A stretch of DNA of 64,000 nt from a virus. A program made the translations under genes and the position numbers. Where the stretch lies: the IMG/VR virus record IMGVR_UViG_3300008448_000033, positions 21,592-85,591 of that record. One strand, given 5' to 3'. This document shows, one piece after another, positions 1 through 8,938 of this stretch. Every line of letters starts with the position of its first letter. Position 1 is the first letter of the stretch. The notes beneath the pieces are model-generated. The model did not search any database. It saw only the letters and a program-made list of their open reading frames with translations, and was not told the origin of the DNA.

Positions 1-1231
1 TATAAGTATGATAATTCGCTTGAAAGGCGTTAAGAATCTCATAAAATTCGTTGGATGCTTTATTTGAATCTCTACTGGTATCTTCTATGTGGGTAGTAAA
101 CGGAACCACTTCAGGAGTAACTACCCAATATAATTTATCATTCCAGCTACTAATTTCGTTAGCGGCTATCAAACTAGATAAATCTACCTCACCATAATCC
201 ATAGCCGGGAAAGTATTTTCAGATGCTTTTCCGCTATGAAGCCGATCTATTAATTTTTTATACCAATCAAAATCGTTATTGTACGTACCAGTAAAAAATT
301 TAATATAATAATCGTTGCTTAATTTGTATAGCTCGCCTTGAGTTCCATAAGTTATTTCTTTGGTGATGGTTGTATTCTTTAGGATAGGAATTTCTGAAAT
401 TATTTTTTTAATTGAATCTTCTCTCGTAGCTGATCGGAATCTAATCCCAGCATTCTCAAAGGCATCTTTTATCACACTACTTCTGCCCATACCGGCAACA
501 ATATCAAAACCTTTTAATTTTGCTTTAGAAAGCAAATCAGCATTTTTTTCTAAAGCTTTTGGATCAGAAATATCATCACCAACTTCTTTTGTATATTGTA
601 TTGGTTTTTTTGGTATAGCAAAATAATTTGCTTCATCTAAAACTTTTTCTACATGATGTGTTACGACTTTTGTTTGATCCTGTGTTAGAGCAGATTCAAA
701 TTCTTGTAGATGTTCTGCTTTATCATCCCAAATTTCTATCAATGAAATCTTAGGATATTCCTGTAATACTTTTTTAATTTGTTTAATTTTAAAGTCTACA
801 GTATCATTACCAGAATCATTTAATTTGACAAGATTAAATTCTAATCCCTGTTGTTCAAGAAGATCTGCCACTCTATCACCAAAGTTTTTTTCTAGTCTAC
901 CAGATAGCATCATTGAAAATGTTTTTTTATTATCAATCGCTTCTCTTGCAGCTGTTATTGTATCTTTGAACCAGTAACTTAAATCTGGGTTTTCTTCAAC
1001 ATTTGGTTCGGCTAATGATTCTTTGCTAGCCCACCAATTTCCTTTGTACCCTTTGGGTTTTTCTGGGCTTCTAAAAAGAGTACCATCAAAATCAAAAACA
1101 GTCAAACGTATAACCATGTTTTCGTTGGGATTTTGTGCTTCTCCTAAAACATATCTACTCCAAAACTTTTTATAGTTTGGTTGTTCTTTTTGATCTGTTT
1201 TTGACTTTAAAAATTTTCTAAATGAATTCAT
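1..1231 (-). CDS. HAD-superfamily phosphatase (Swiss-Army-Knife RNA-repair-like HAD) fused to a kinase-like domain; 3' end runs off the window
   Basis: Not in the ORF track because there is no stop in the window. Hand translation from ATG 1231 gives LTVFDFDGTLFRSP..NWW..MLSGR..IEIWDDKAEH (HAD motifs), then ITYGTQGELYKLSNDYYIKFF (kinase-like Gly loop and beta3 Lys). Confidence 0.7.
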   Translation of the reverse strand, partial: MNSFRKFLKSKTDQKEQPNYKKFWSRYVLGEAQNPNENMVIRLTVFDFDGTLFRSPEKPKGYKGNWWASKESLAEPNVEENPDLSYWFKDTITAAREAIDNKKTFSMMLSGRLEKNFGDRVADLLEQQGLEFNLVKLNDSGNDTVDFKIKQIKKVLQEYPKISLIEIWDDKAEHLQEFESALTQDQTKVVTHHVEKVLDEANYFAIPKKPIQYTKEVGDDISDPKALEKNADLLSKAKLKGFDIVAGMGRSSVIKDAFENAGIRFRSATREDSIKKIISEIPILKNTTITKEITYGTQGELYKLSNDYYIKFFTGTYNNDFDWYKKLIDRLHSGKASENTFPAMDYGEVDLSSLIAANEISSWNDKLYWVVTPEVVPFTTHIEDTSRDSNKASNEFYEILNAFQANYHTY

Positions 1232-1232
1232 T

Positions 1233-1634
1233 TTATTTCTTTTTAAGCGTTTGATATTCCATATAGTCTGTAACTGATTTAATCATTGAATTAGCAATTG
1301 CAATCTTTTCTTGTACCCAAGGTTCTAGGTTAGTATCATCTTCAAGAATATTGTGCAACATTGTAGCATTTTTAGCTAAATGATATAAATTGCTTTTTGA
1401 CATTTCACCTTCATAATCAAGCTCTACGTCTTGAAGACCACCAGATTCCATTTCTTCTGGTTGCATTTCTGAGTCAAAGTCTGCGTCAATAACTTCCATT
1501 TCACCATGACTTGGATGCCCACAACCACCTTCACACATATCGCCTTCGTGAACGGTGTAAGGATTATCACCCATTGTATGATGCATTTCTTGCAGGATCA
1601 TTTTTTTTAAAAGTTTATCGTTTAGGTTTTTCAT
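1233..1634 (-). CDS. conserved phage protein, probable internal head protein
   Basis: Leader LLKKMILQE, acidic linker, C-terminal EGEMSKSNL..LEPWVQEKI helical domain. Confidence 0.5.
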   Translation of the reverse strand: MKNLNDKLLKKMILQEMHHTMGDNPYTVHEGDMCEGGCGHPSHGEMEVIDADFDSEMQPEEMESGGLQDVELDYEGEMSKSNLYHLAKNATMLHNILEDDTNLEPWVQEKIAIANSMIKSVTDYMEYQTLKKK

Positions 1635-1644
1635 ATTTAGCTCC

Positions 1645-1875
1645 CTACTTTAGCATTTGTTTTATGGTTTTTAAAGTATCTTGAACAGTTTTTAAATCTG
1701 TGCTTTTTAAAGCAGTATCGACTAAAGTATTTATTGTTTTTATTTTTTCAGGCGTTAATTGAGTAACGACAGTAGTTGTCATAGTTGGAGAAAGACTAGT
1801 AGGAGGAGCTAATTCCTCTTTAAGTTTAATCTGTTCTAAGATTAATTTTTCTAATTGTTTATTATTAATTTTCAT
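1645..1875 (-). CDS. small hypothetical protein with head-targeting-like leader
   Basis: MKINNKQLEKLILEQIKLKEE; SD GGAGG upstream. Confidence 0.5.
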   Translation of the reverse strand: MKINNKQLEKLILEQIKLKEELAPPTSLSPTMTTTVVTQLTPEKIKTINTLVDTALKSTDLKTVQDTLKTIKQMLK

Positions 1876-3169
1876 TTGTTTCCTCTAAAGCACTTGGTCC
1901 AAATGGCCCGAATCTTTCACCCCTTGCTACTGCACCTTGACCTTTATGTTTCTTAGCATTCTTTTTAAAACCACTCGCTCTTCCAAATGATTTATTTAAA
2001 AAAGCATCTTGTTTTTTAGCTGCTGCAACGCTAAGAACCTCTTCTATCTCTTTCATCTTTTCTTCTGTTTCTTTTATTTCTTTTTCGTACTTCTTATTTA
2101 GTATAGTTGTAATATCTTTTGACTTATTTTGTTGCTCTTTTGCCCATTCTTTATCTATGCTATTGTTAGGTCTACGTTTAGCTCGCCTTGCTCTTTTTTT
2201 TGCACGTTCTTGCCAATATTTTGATAATTTTATTTTAGATTCTTGTAAATAGTCTTCTTCTTCAGAAAAATCTGATCCTTGTTCAAGCGCAACATATAAA
2301 CCTTTTTCTTGAAGATCGCTTCCAAGTTCTTTTAATTTTGCAGATATCTTAGGATCTTTTTTTAGCGAATGATAAATTCTTGTACCATGATCTAGATACT
2401 TATATTTTATCATATTTATGAGATCGGTAATTTTTTCTGCTTTTTCTTCATTTCCTTCTTCTTCAGCATCCGCTTTGCTTTGAAAAAATGTTTGAAAATC
2501 AGATGCACCATTTATTATCGAATCGAGAACTTTAATAAAACTTATTTTATTCCCACGGCTATGAGCTAATCTTTTTACTATTTTCATGGCTTGGCCTACA
2601 TAAGCCTCAGTTTCATCTCTGTCCATTAAGTAATTAAAATCTTCTTTTTGTTTGTCGGTTAAAAAACGATAAGGAGATTTATCTTCTATATTTGCAAGAC
2701 CTCTTGTAAAGTCCTGAGTTAAATGAAATGATTCATGATAAAATAAATCAGCTACCGCACCATGAAAATATTTATAATATTTTTCTAAATCATTAAAGCT
2801 TTGTACCTGTGAATCAATTTCAATTTCTAAATTAATATCGCCTTTATTAAAGGTATAAGAAACACCACCGTATTCTCTTGAACTATTATTACTGGGGAAA
2901 TATCTAGCGCCTATTAATCTTATTAGGACTCCTTCATTGTCGGACAATCCATCAATTTTTTCAATAGTGACGGAAACTTCATTTATCTTTTGTATAAATT
3001 CATTATCAATTTTATTAGCAAATCTATCGCTACGAAATACTAAACTATCTCTTAAGATTTGTTCTGGATTTCTTTTAAAGAAATTTAATAAAAATTCAGC
3101 AAATTGATTGGAGATTTTATTTCTCCAAGCGTTTTTACTTCTTGCTTCATTTATTAATATTTTAATCAT
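1865..3169 (-). CDS. putative zincin metallopeptidase with basic C-terminal tail
   Basis: YHESFHLTQ (HExxH) with downstream ETEAY; Arg/Lys-rich tail after YLQES. Confidence 0.55.
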   Translation of the reverse strand: MIKILINEARSKNAWRNKISNQFAEFLLNFFKRNPEQILRDSLVFRSDRFANKIDNEFIQKINEVSVTIEKIDGLSDNEGVLIRLIGARYFPSNNSSREYGGVSYTFNKGDINLEIEIDSQVQSFNDLEKYYKYFHGAVADLFYHESFHLTQDFTRGLANIEDKSPYRFLTDKQKEDFNYLMDRDETEAYVGQAMKIVKRLAHSRGNKISFIKVLDSIINGASDFQTFFQSKADAEEEGNEEKAEKITDLINMIKYKYLDHGTRIYHSLKKDPKISAKLKELGSDLQEKGLYVALEQGSDFSEEEDYLQESKIKLSKYWQERAKKRARRAKRRPNNSIDKEWAKEQQNKSKDITTILNKKYEKEIKETEEKMKEIEEVLSVAAAKKQDAFLNKSFGRASGFKKNAKKHKGQGAVARGERFGPFGPSALEETNEN

Positions 3170-3173
3170 AGTT

Positions 3174-3893
3174 TTATAATCTTCTTGCGAATAAAGTATT
3201 TGCTGCTTTAACTAATTGTTTGATAAAGTCTTCTTTATTTGTTATTATAGGTTTTCCTTTTGCATCACGTTGGTTTAACTTATCATCTGCTTTTGATATT
3301 AAATATTCAACTTGTTTAATTAGTTTCGGACTTCTGTAAGCTTTGTTTATGAAATTTTCAGAATCAATTTTATTGATTTCACAGTCATCAATGATTGGTG
3401 GCGTTTCTTCGTAACCATCTAATTTTGTTAATTTATAATTTTTTCCTTTATATTTAACTTGAAATCCTGTTTGCACTTCTGATTCTGGTTCTCTTTCTAA
3501 ACTACTCCAAACTCTTTTTGCAGAATCACTAACGCTTCTTCTATCGGGCATCATAGATGCGCCCCCATCAGTATTATAAACATAAGCCATTGCAAGCTTA
3601 TACATCATTTTACCAATTCCTTTACCTTCATATTTTTGCTGAATTGAGCTTCCATTAACGTTATATGCGTCTAAACATGGTCCCATATTAGCAGAAGATC
3701 CTTTTTGTAATTCTAAAGAACCAATTAGAAAAGGTTTAGAAGATTCAAGAAATTCTTTAGCAGAGTAACTATCTGTTTTCGGAAATTGTGATAAGTCAAC
3801 TAATATAAATTTTATGTCGTTACCTTTATCGATTATGATACCATAGTCGAGATTATTATTTTCTACTTGTTCTTTTATAATAACCCTAATCAT
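3174..3893 (-). CDS. putative GNAT acetyltransferase
   Basis: IQQKYEGKGIGKMMY (acetyl-CoA motif A) and SDSAKRVW; leader MIRVIIKEQ. Confidence 0.55.
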   Translation of the reverse strand: MIRVIIKEQVENNNLDYGIIIDKGNDIKFILVDLSQFPKTDSYSAKEFLESSKPFLIGSLELQKGSSANMGPCLDAYNVNGSSIQQKYEGKGIGKMMYKLAMAYVYNTDGGASMMPDRRSVSDSAKRVWSSLEREPESEVQTGFQVKYKGKNYKLTKLDGYEETPPIIDDCEINKIDSENFINKAYRSPKLIKQVEYLISKADDKLNQRDAKGKPIITNKEDFIKQLVKAANTLFARRL

Positions 3894-4304
3894 TTACCAC
3901 TTCCTACAACTCCAATATCTAGCTTTAGTTCTTGGACCGGGATTGTCACAGTTATGCCTTGCGCGAAATGATTTACGACGTTTTGGATTGCTCTTTTTAA
4001 TTTTCATATTTGGATCACCGAAATTAACTTTTTTAATATTTCCGGTGACAGGATCACGAACATACACTTTGAATTTTTTAACATCACCACGCATTGGCTT
4101 GCCCAAAGGTACTGATCTTCCTTGGTATTTTGCTTCTTCTAGTTTATCTGGGCATCCACAAGTTAGGTCTTCGTATAAACAAGCTTCACAAACTAGTGTA
4201 CCGTCTTCCAAAACAGCAGAGTCGTCACCGATCTCTTCAACAATGAGGTGTTCTTGAATGCTCTCTTGGACGATTTTTTTAATTTCTGTATCTGTGAATT
4301 TCAT
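3894..4304 (-). CDS. conserved basic phage protein
   Basis: Acidic leader, then LEEA followed by a basic domain KKFKVYV..KVNFGD..RKSFRARHNC..ARYWSCRKW. Confidence 0.55.
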   Translation of the reverse strand: MKFTDTEIKKIVQESIQEHLIVEEIGDDSAVLEDGTLVCEACLYEDLTCGCPDKLEEAKYQGRSVPLGKPMRGDVKKFKVYVRDPVTGNIKKVNFGDPNMKIKKSNPKRRKSFRARHNCDNPGPRTKARYWSCRKW

Positions 4305-4307
4305 TTT

Positions 4308-5168
4308 CTATTCCTCTTTTTTCTTTTTTGACTTCCAAGAAACTCTCATGGAGCTTTTCTTTCTTCTCATGCCTGCTCTGGTGCATGCTGATGGTGTTGG
4401 TCGGCAAGCAGGATATTTGCTTCGTTGTTCGCCGCTTTGTCTACCGCATGTTTTACAAGTTTTACGACCAGTTTTAGGATTGGTTCGGCAAGTATTGCAA
4501 TCGACCCAACCTCTACCCTTTTTACCACCAGCACGGGCAAACCAACCATGTAACCCTTGTGATTTTTCTCTGTCAAAAGTTCCTTCTTGTAGAATAATTT
4601 CTAAATCTTCTAAAGAAATGGATTCATTGTTTTTTTCTTTGCCATCGCAATAGGCACGCTCACTAAACCCATTTGGATGATCACAATCAATACTTTCCTT
4701 ACGCTTGTCAGACCACCCTTCACCTTCTTCTATATCTTGCCCTTCTTTCATCTTGACTCTTGATTTTTTTCTACCGACTTTACCCCTTCGGCATCGAACG
4801 ATGAAACCGGAAGCGTATGCGCTTGGAAATACATCATATTTTTGTTTAGCTAGATGGTAACAGCGATCTTTCTTTTCGTATATTAATTCTTCAAAAAGTA
4901 AATCCTCATCTAATTCTAATTCTTCTTCTGCGTTAGACTGGGCTGGATAAGCTCTGTTAGGGGTTTTATCATAAATATCATCACCAGATACGATATTACC
5001 TAGAGGATTATTCATCTTATAAGTTGGCATCTGTGTACCGATTTCGCCTTGTTTTCTTCTATCCTCGCCATCTGGTTTATAGAATGAAGAAATATCGTCA
5101 CCATCTTTAGCTTCTTCTATGTTTTTAAATTTTATTTTCATTAAGATTTTACCAAAATTATATAACAT
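4308..5168 (-). CDS. modular Cys-rich basic protein (start probably about 5141, MKIKF)
   Basis: Three small Cys-containing modules separated by acidic spacers with (I/L)xE sites. Confidence 0.55.
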   Translation of the reverse strand: MLYNFGKILMKIKFKNIEEAKDGDDISSFYKPDGEDRRKQGEIGTQMPTYKMNNPLGNIVSGDDIYDKTPNRAYPAQSNAEEELELDEDLLFEELIYEKKDRCYHLAKQKYDVFPSAYASGFIVRCRRGKVGRKKSRVKMKEGQDIEEGEGWSDKRKESIDCDHPNGFSERAYCDGKEKNNESISLEDLEIILQEGTFDREKSQGLHGWFARAGGKKGRGWVDCNTCRTNPKTGRKTCKTCGRQSGEQRSKYPACRPTPSACTRAGMRRKKSSMRVSWKSKKKKEE

Positions 5169-5195
5169 AATTAGGTGAAACTTTAATATAAAGAC

Positions 5196-5223
5196 AAAAA
5201 AAGGGAGCGGTTTCCCGCTCCCT
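5196..5223 (-). terminator. intrinsic terminator after the Hsp20 gene
   Basis: GGGAGCGG/CCGCTCCC stem followed by a U7 tract. Confidence 0.85.
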
Positions 5224-5245
5224 CTTAAAAAGACATTATGTTATT

Positions 5246-5617
5246 TTATTGTATGGTGATGTTTTGAACAGTATCTTTCTTTTGCTTATATGGAATATTA
5301 ATATTTAATAGACCATTATTGTATTTAGAAGTTATGTTTAGCGTGTCTAAATCATTATCTAATTCAAAAGATCTTGATAGATTGCTAACAGGTTGTCCGT
5401 CAAAGCGCCTAGTGGCTTTAATATTCAAGATGTTATTCTTGACCGTAACTTCAATGTCTTCCTTGGCAACGCCGGGAGTACAGACAAAATACTGAATGCC
5501 GTCTTTCGTCTTATACATTTCATCTTCCATGAAGCGTTGTCTAAAGGTTTTCCCATGCGTTACATCAACATGTGGGAACATAGCTTCAAAAAAATCTTTG
5601 TTAATTAATAGTGACAT
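5246..5617 (-). CDS. small heat-shock protein (Hsp20/alpha-crystallin)
   Basis: PGVAKEDIEVTVKNNILNI..SRSFEL..SKYNNGLLNINIP; start revised to ATG 5617 behind SD AAGGAG. Confidence 0.85.
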   Translation of the reverse strand: MSLLINKDFFEAMFPHVDVTHGKTFRQRFMEDEMYKTKDGIQYFVCTPGVAKEDIEVTVKNNILNIKATRRFDGQPVSNLSRSFELDNDLDTLNITSKYNNGLLNINIPYKQKKDTVQNITIQ

Positions 5618-5660
5618 ACATTTTCTCCTTTTTGGTAATGCGGTTTTCCCGCTATGATCC

Positions 5661-5689
5661 ATAATATAAGCACTATAAAAAATTGTCAA
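5661..5689 (-). promoter_or_regulatory. sigma70-type promoter for Hsp20
   Basis: TTGACA-17 nt-TATTAT. Confidence 0.7.
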
Positions 5690-5691
5690 GT

Positions 5692-6069
5692 CTAGTGAAG
5701 AGTAAAATCTAAATTATGTTTAGAAAATAATATATTCTTTTGTTCCTGTACCGTCATAACATAACCTTGGATCTTCATCAAATCTTCTTCAGTCAGTAAA
5801 ACATCCTTGATGTTATGTTTTACGATGAATTCAGTTTCTTCTTTTGTTGGGTGGTTTATTTTATTTTCTAAGATGTCTCTAAACGCACGAACAACTACAA
5901 AAGTTTCCATTAGATCGGGTATCTCTGTTTCTTCCCATTTTTCTACTGATTTATCGCCAATTGTCTCTTTTAGAAGCTGCGATATGACATAATAATCCGA
6001 TGCGTTATTACTCATAATCTCCATAAATTTTTCAAATACCATTGTATAATATTGTACTTTTTTTTGCAT
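5692..6069 (-). CDS. hypothetical protein
   Basis: Tightly packed ORF in a minus-strand operon. Confidence 0.6.
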   Translation of the reverse strand: MQKKVQYYTMVFEKFMEIMSNNASDYYVISQLLKETIGDKSVEKWEETEIPDLMETFVVVRAFRDILENKINHPTKEETEFIVKHNIKDVLLTEEDLMKIQGYVMTVQEQKNILFSKHNLDFTLH

Positions 6070-6070
6070 T

Positions 6071-6382
6071 TTAGCCTTTCAAGACCTTTTTATTTTCTTT
6101 TTCATTAAAAGTCTTATACAATGTATTTAGATCACCGGAAATGAAAATATCACTGCCAAAGTTGCCTTTATTGACAGTGGCTCTTAAAAATATTGCATTT
6201 TTATTTAGTTCTGGGAATGCGCCGGATTCTATTACTTTTTCTTTGAATTCCAGATCTTCTGTAACGCACACTACATAATCAAAGTTTAGTAATGCTTCAC
6301 GCATTTTATAATGTTTATTTCTTTCTAAGGCTGAATTGCTTTTCACATTTTCTTCATAAACTTCTATAACTTTGGTTAGCAT
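6071..6382 (-). CDS. hypothetical protein
   Basis: ORF with SD GAGG, overlapping the previous stop. Confidence 0.6.
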   Translation of the reverse strand: MLTKVIEVYEENVKSNSALERNKHYKMREALLNFDYVVCVTEDLEFKEKVIESGAFPELNKNAIFLRATVNKGNFGSDIFISGDLNTLYKTFNEKENKKVLKG

Positions 6383-6618
6383 TTAAAGAAATCCTCTTCT
6401 TTCATAATTATTTTAGTGCCATTAGCACTAACAACAAAAAAATTATCTCCTTGGGGCCATTTCTCAATTATTATACCATAAAAAGGTATTTGATTTGTGG
6501 TAACATTTTTTATAGAATCTTGTAAAAAATCATAAATCATAGCGCCTTGAGGTACAAAAACCATATCAGATATTTTGTACCGACTGTCTTCACTAACCAT
6601 TTTCTCCAGAGCCTCCAT
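6376..6618 (-). CDS. hypothetical protein (possible small beta-barrel)
   Basis: YKISDMVFVP..YGIIIE pattern; operon packing. Confidence 0.5.
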   Translation of the reverse strand: MEALEKMVSEDSRYKISDMVFVPQGAMIYDFLQDSIKNVTTNQIPFYGIIIEKWPQGDNFFVVSANGTKIIMKEEDFFKC

Positions 6619-6880
6619 TGCTATCTTTCATTCTCTCTAGCTCGCTCTTAGTATAGCTCAAGAGAATTTGGTATGCATCCTCTATGTTTAGATCAACAGT
6701 AATTAATCTTTTTCTTAAGCCATCAAGTACTTTTAGCTTTTCTTGAGGATCTTCTATTCTTTTTGCTGCTTCAAGACTTTTCATTATACCAGATAGCGCA
6801 TTGATTGGCCTTTCAAGTATTACGTTAACTTCACTAGGTATATTTTCATAATCCACAGTTATATAAATTTTGGCAGACAT
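6593..6880 (-). CDS. hypothetical protein
   Basis: SD AGGAG; first gene after the promoter at 6920-6947. Confidence 0.6.
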   Translation of the reverse strand: MSAKIYITVDYENIPSEVNVILERPINALSGIMKSLEAAKRIEDPQEKLKVLDGLRKRLITVDLNIEDAYQILLSYTKSELERMKDSNGGSGENG

Positions 6881-6894
6881 ATTATCTCCTAAAC

Positions 6895-6947
6895 AAAAAA
6901 GACGGTATAACCCGTCTTCATTGTAGCATCTTTGAATATTTTGTAAA
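6895..6947 (-). promoter_or_regulatory. sigma70-type promoter abutting an intrinsic terminator
   Basis: TTTACA-16-(TGc)TACAAT, then AAGACGG/CCGTCTT stem and U tract. Confidence 0.65.
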
Positions 6948-6950
6948 GTC

Positions 6951-7304
6951 TTACTTAACTAATCTAAACAATGCATTAATTAACGCAATCGCTGTGCCTG
7001 ATCCTACCAACCATAATACTTTTGATTGTGATTCTTGATTAGATTTTAAAACTGCTAAGTCTTGTGCTAATTGGTCTGGAACTCTTTGCTCTAAAACTGT
7101 AATTCTTTTTTCTTGACCGCTAACGGAAACACTAATAGTTTCGGTAACTTTCTCTAGCTTTTCAATACTTGTTTCTAGCCTTTCAACACTAGAATAAAGT
7201 TGTTCTACTTTTAAGGCCATACCATTATTGCTTACTTTTAATTCAGTTATGGCGTTGGTTAATTCTTTTAAATTATCGCTTATTGATTGTAATTGGTCAT
7301 TCAT
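6951..7304 (-). CDS. coiled-coil protein with C-terminal TM helix (XhlA/holin-like)
   Basis: Heptad coiled coil followed by VLWLVGSGTAIALINALF; ACTATTTA motif upstream. Confidence 0.5.
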   Translation of the reverse strand: MNDQLQSISDNLKELTNAITELKVSNNGMALKVEQLYSSVERLETSIEKLEKVTETISVSVSGQEKRITVLEQRVPDQLAQDLAVLKSNQESQSKVLWLVGSGTAIALINALFRLVK

Positions 7305-7326
7305 ATACTATTCCTCTGCAATACAA

Positions 7327-7334
7327 TAAATAGT
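7327..7334 (-). promoter_or_regulatory. ACTATTTA putative late-promoter motif
   Basis: Intergenic; recurrent motif. Confidence 0.55.
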
Positions 7335-7335
7335 G

Positions 7336-8919
7336 TTACATTTCGATAATAGCGTGTCCGGTTGTTAATAAAGTTGATGCTGCCGATACAGCATTTTGCA
7401 ATGCACAACGAGTGACTTTAGCTGGATCTATGATGCCAGCTTCTTTCATCCCAACATATTCAGATAGAGCAAAATTATAGCCAGTCCATTCGCCCTTGCA
7501 TTTGCTTTCGTCTAGCAGGGTGGAAACAATAACATCTGGTTTTTCAGAGCAATTGACGGCAAGGTTACGAATAGGTTCATGGCAAGCTTCAAAAATTACT
7601 TTACGTCCAAAGTCTTCTTCCTGATCACCAGTCTCCAATACGATATTTTGTGCAGCTCTTAATAGGGCAACACCACCACCGGGAAGAATACCTTCTTCCT
7701 GTGCGCTTTTAACCGCAGCTAAGGCATCTTCAACGCGATGTTTTCTTTCGGTCATATCAACTTCGGTGACACCACCAACTCTGATAATAGCAGCACCAGA
7801 GGCAAGCTTACTAATTCTTTCTTGTATTCTTTGGCATTCTGCTAGATCGCTTGTTTGAATGATTTCTTCTTTGAGTGATTGGATACGCTTTTCAACTTCG
7901 TTATAATCTCCAGAACCTCCTACAAATGTAGACCAATTCTTGAAAGCTTCAACATGCTTAACTGTGCCAAGGTCTGCTCTTGTAACCTCTTTTAGAGTCT
8001 TGCCGGATTCTTTACTAACGAATGTAGCACCAATAGACAAAGAGAGATCCTTCATGATATTCTTTCTATCTTGACCGTAGCTTGGAGCTTTTATGACACC
8101 AACTCTCATAGTACCACGAACAGCATTAAGAATCAAAGCAGCAAGTGCTTGTCCTTCTACTGACTCTGCCATTATAACAAATGGCTTACCTTCTCTGGCA
8201 ACTACTTCAAGAATAGGCAACAGATCATCTAGAGAATCAATAGTCCAATCTGTAACCATAACCAATGCATTTTCATAATGCATTGTGTTCTTTCTTTCTT
8301 CCGTGATAAATTGTGCGGATGAAAATCCTGCATTAACTTGGAAACCCTCTACAACATCAAGAGTGGTATCTAGCGATTTACCTTCTTCAATAGATACTGC
8401 ACCGTCACGACCAGCTTTATCAATAGCCATAGAAACAAGTTTACCTATTTGTTTTTCACCATTTGCAGATATTGTAGCAATATGTTCAACATCTTCAAGG
8501 CTTTTAACTGGTGTGGCAATCTTTTTAAGATTCTCTACTACTTCTTCTACTGCTTGATCCATACCACGCTTTAAGGCCACAGGGGAAGCACCAGCAGCTA
8601 AATATCGCTGTGCATGGTTCACGATGGCTCTTGACAATACAGTTGCAGTTGTTGTGCCGTCACCAGCTTCATTAGCTGTTGTAGCAGAAACCTGCTTAAT
8701 GATTTGTGCCCCTACATTTTCAAATGGATCATCAAGAAAAACATGTGAAGCAACAGTAACACCATCTTTTGTGATAAATGGATTTTTACCTTTTGGATGA
8801 ATCACAACGTTTTTACCTTTTGGACCTAGAGTACAACTAACCGCATCTGCTAGTTTATTAACGCCGCTAACTATTTTTGAATTTAAACTCGTACCATTAT
8901 CGAAAACTCTTTTACTCAA
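7336..8919 (-). CDS. groEL: chaperonin GroEL
   Basis: TLGPKG, ITKDGVTVA, GDGTTTATVL, GIIDPAKVTR; start likely TTG 8919 (track start 8964). Confidence 0.97.
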   Translation of the reverse strand: MSKRVFDNGTSLNSKIVSGVNKLADAVSCTLGPKGKNVVIHPKGKNPFITKDGVTVASHVFLDDPFENVGAQIIKQVSATTANEAGDGTTTATVLSRAIVNHAQRYLAAGASPVALKRGMDQAVEEVVENLKKIATPVKSLEDVEHIATISANGEKQIGKLVSMAIDKAGRDGAVSIEEGKSLDTTLDVVEGFQVNAGFSSAQFITEERKNTMHYENALVMVTDWTIDSLDDLLPILEVVAREGKPFVIMAESVEGQALAALILNAVRGTMRVGVIKAPSYGQDRKNIMKDLSLSIGATFVSKESGKTLKEVTRADLGTVKHVEAFKNWSTFVGGSGDYNEVEKRIQSLKEEIIQTSDLAECQRIQERISKLASGAAIIRVGGVTEVDMTERKHRVEDALAAVKSAQEEGILPGGGVALLRAAQNIVLETGDQEEDFGRKVIFEACHEPIRNLAVNCSEKPDVIVSTLLDESKCKGEWTGYNFALSEYVGMKEAGIIDPAKVTRCALQNAVSAASTLLTTGHAIIEM

Positions 8920-8938
8920 TTTTATAACCAACCTTTCT

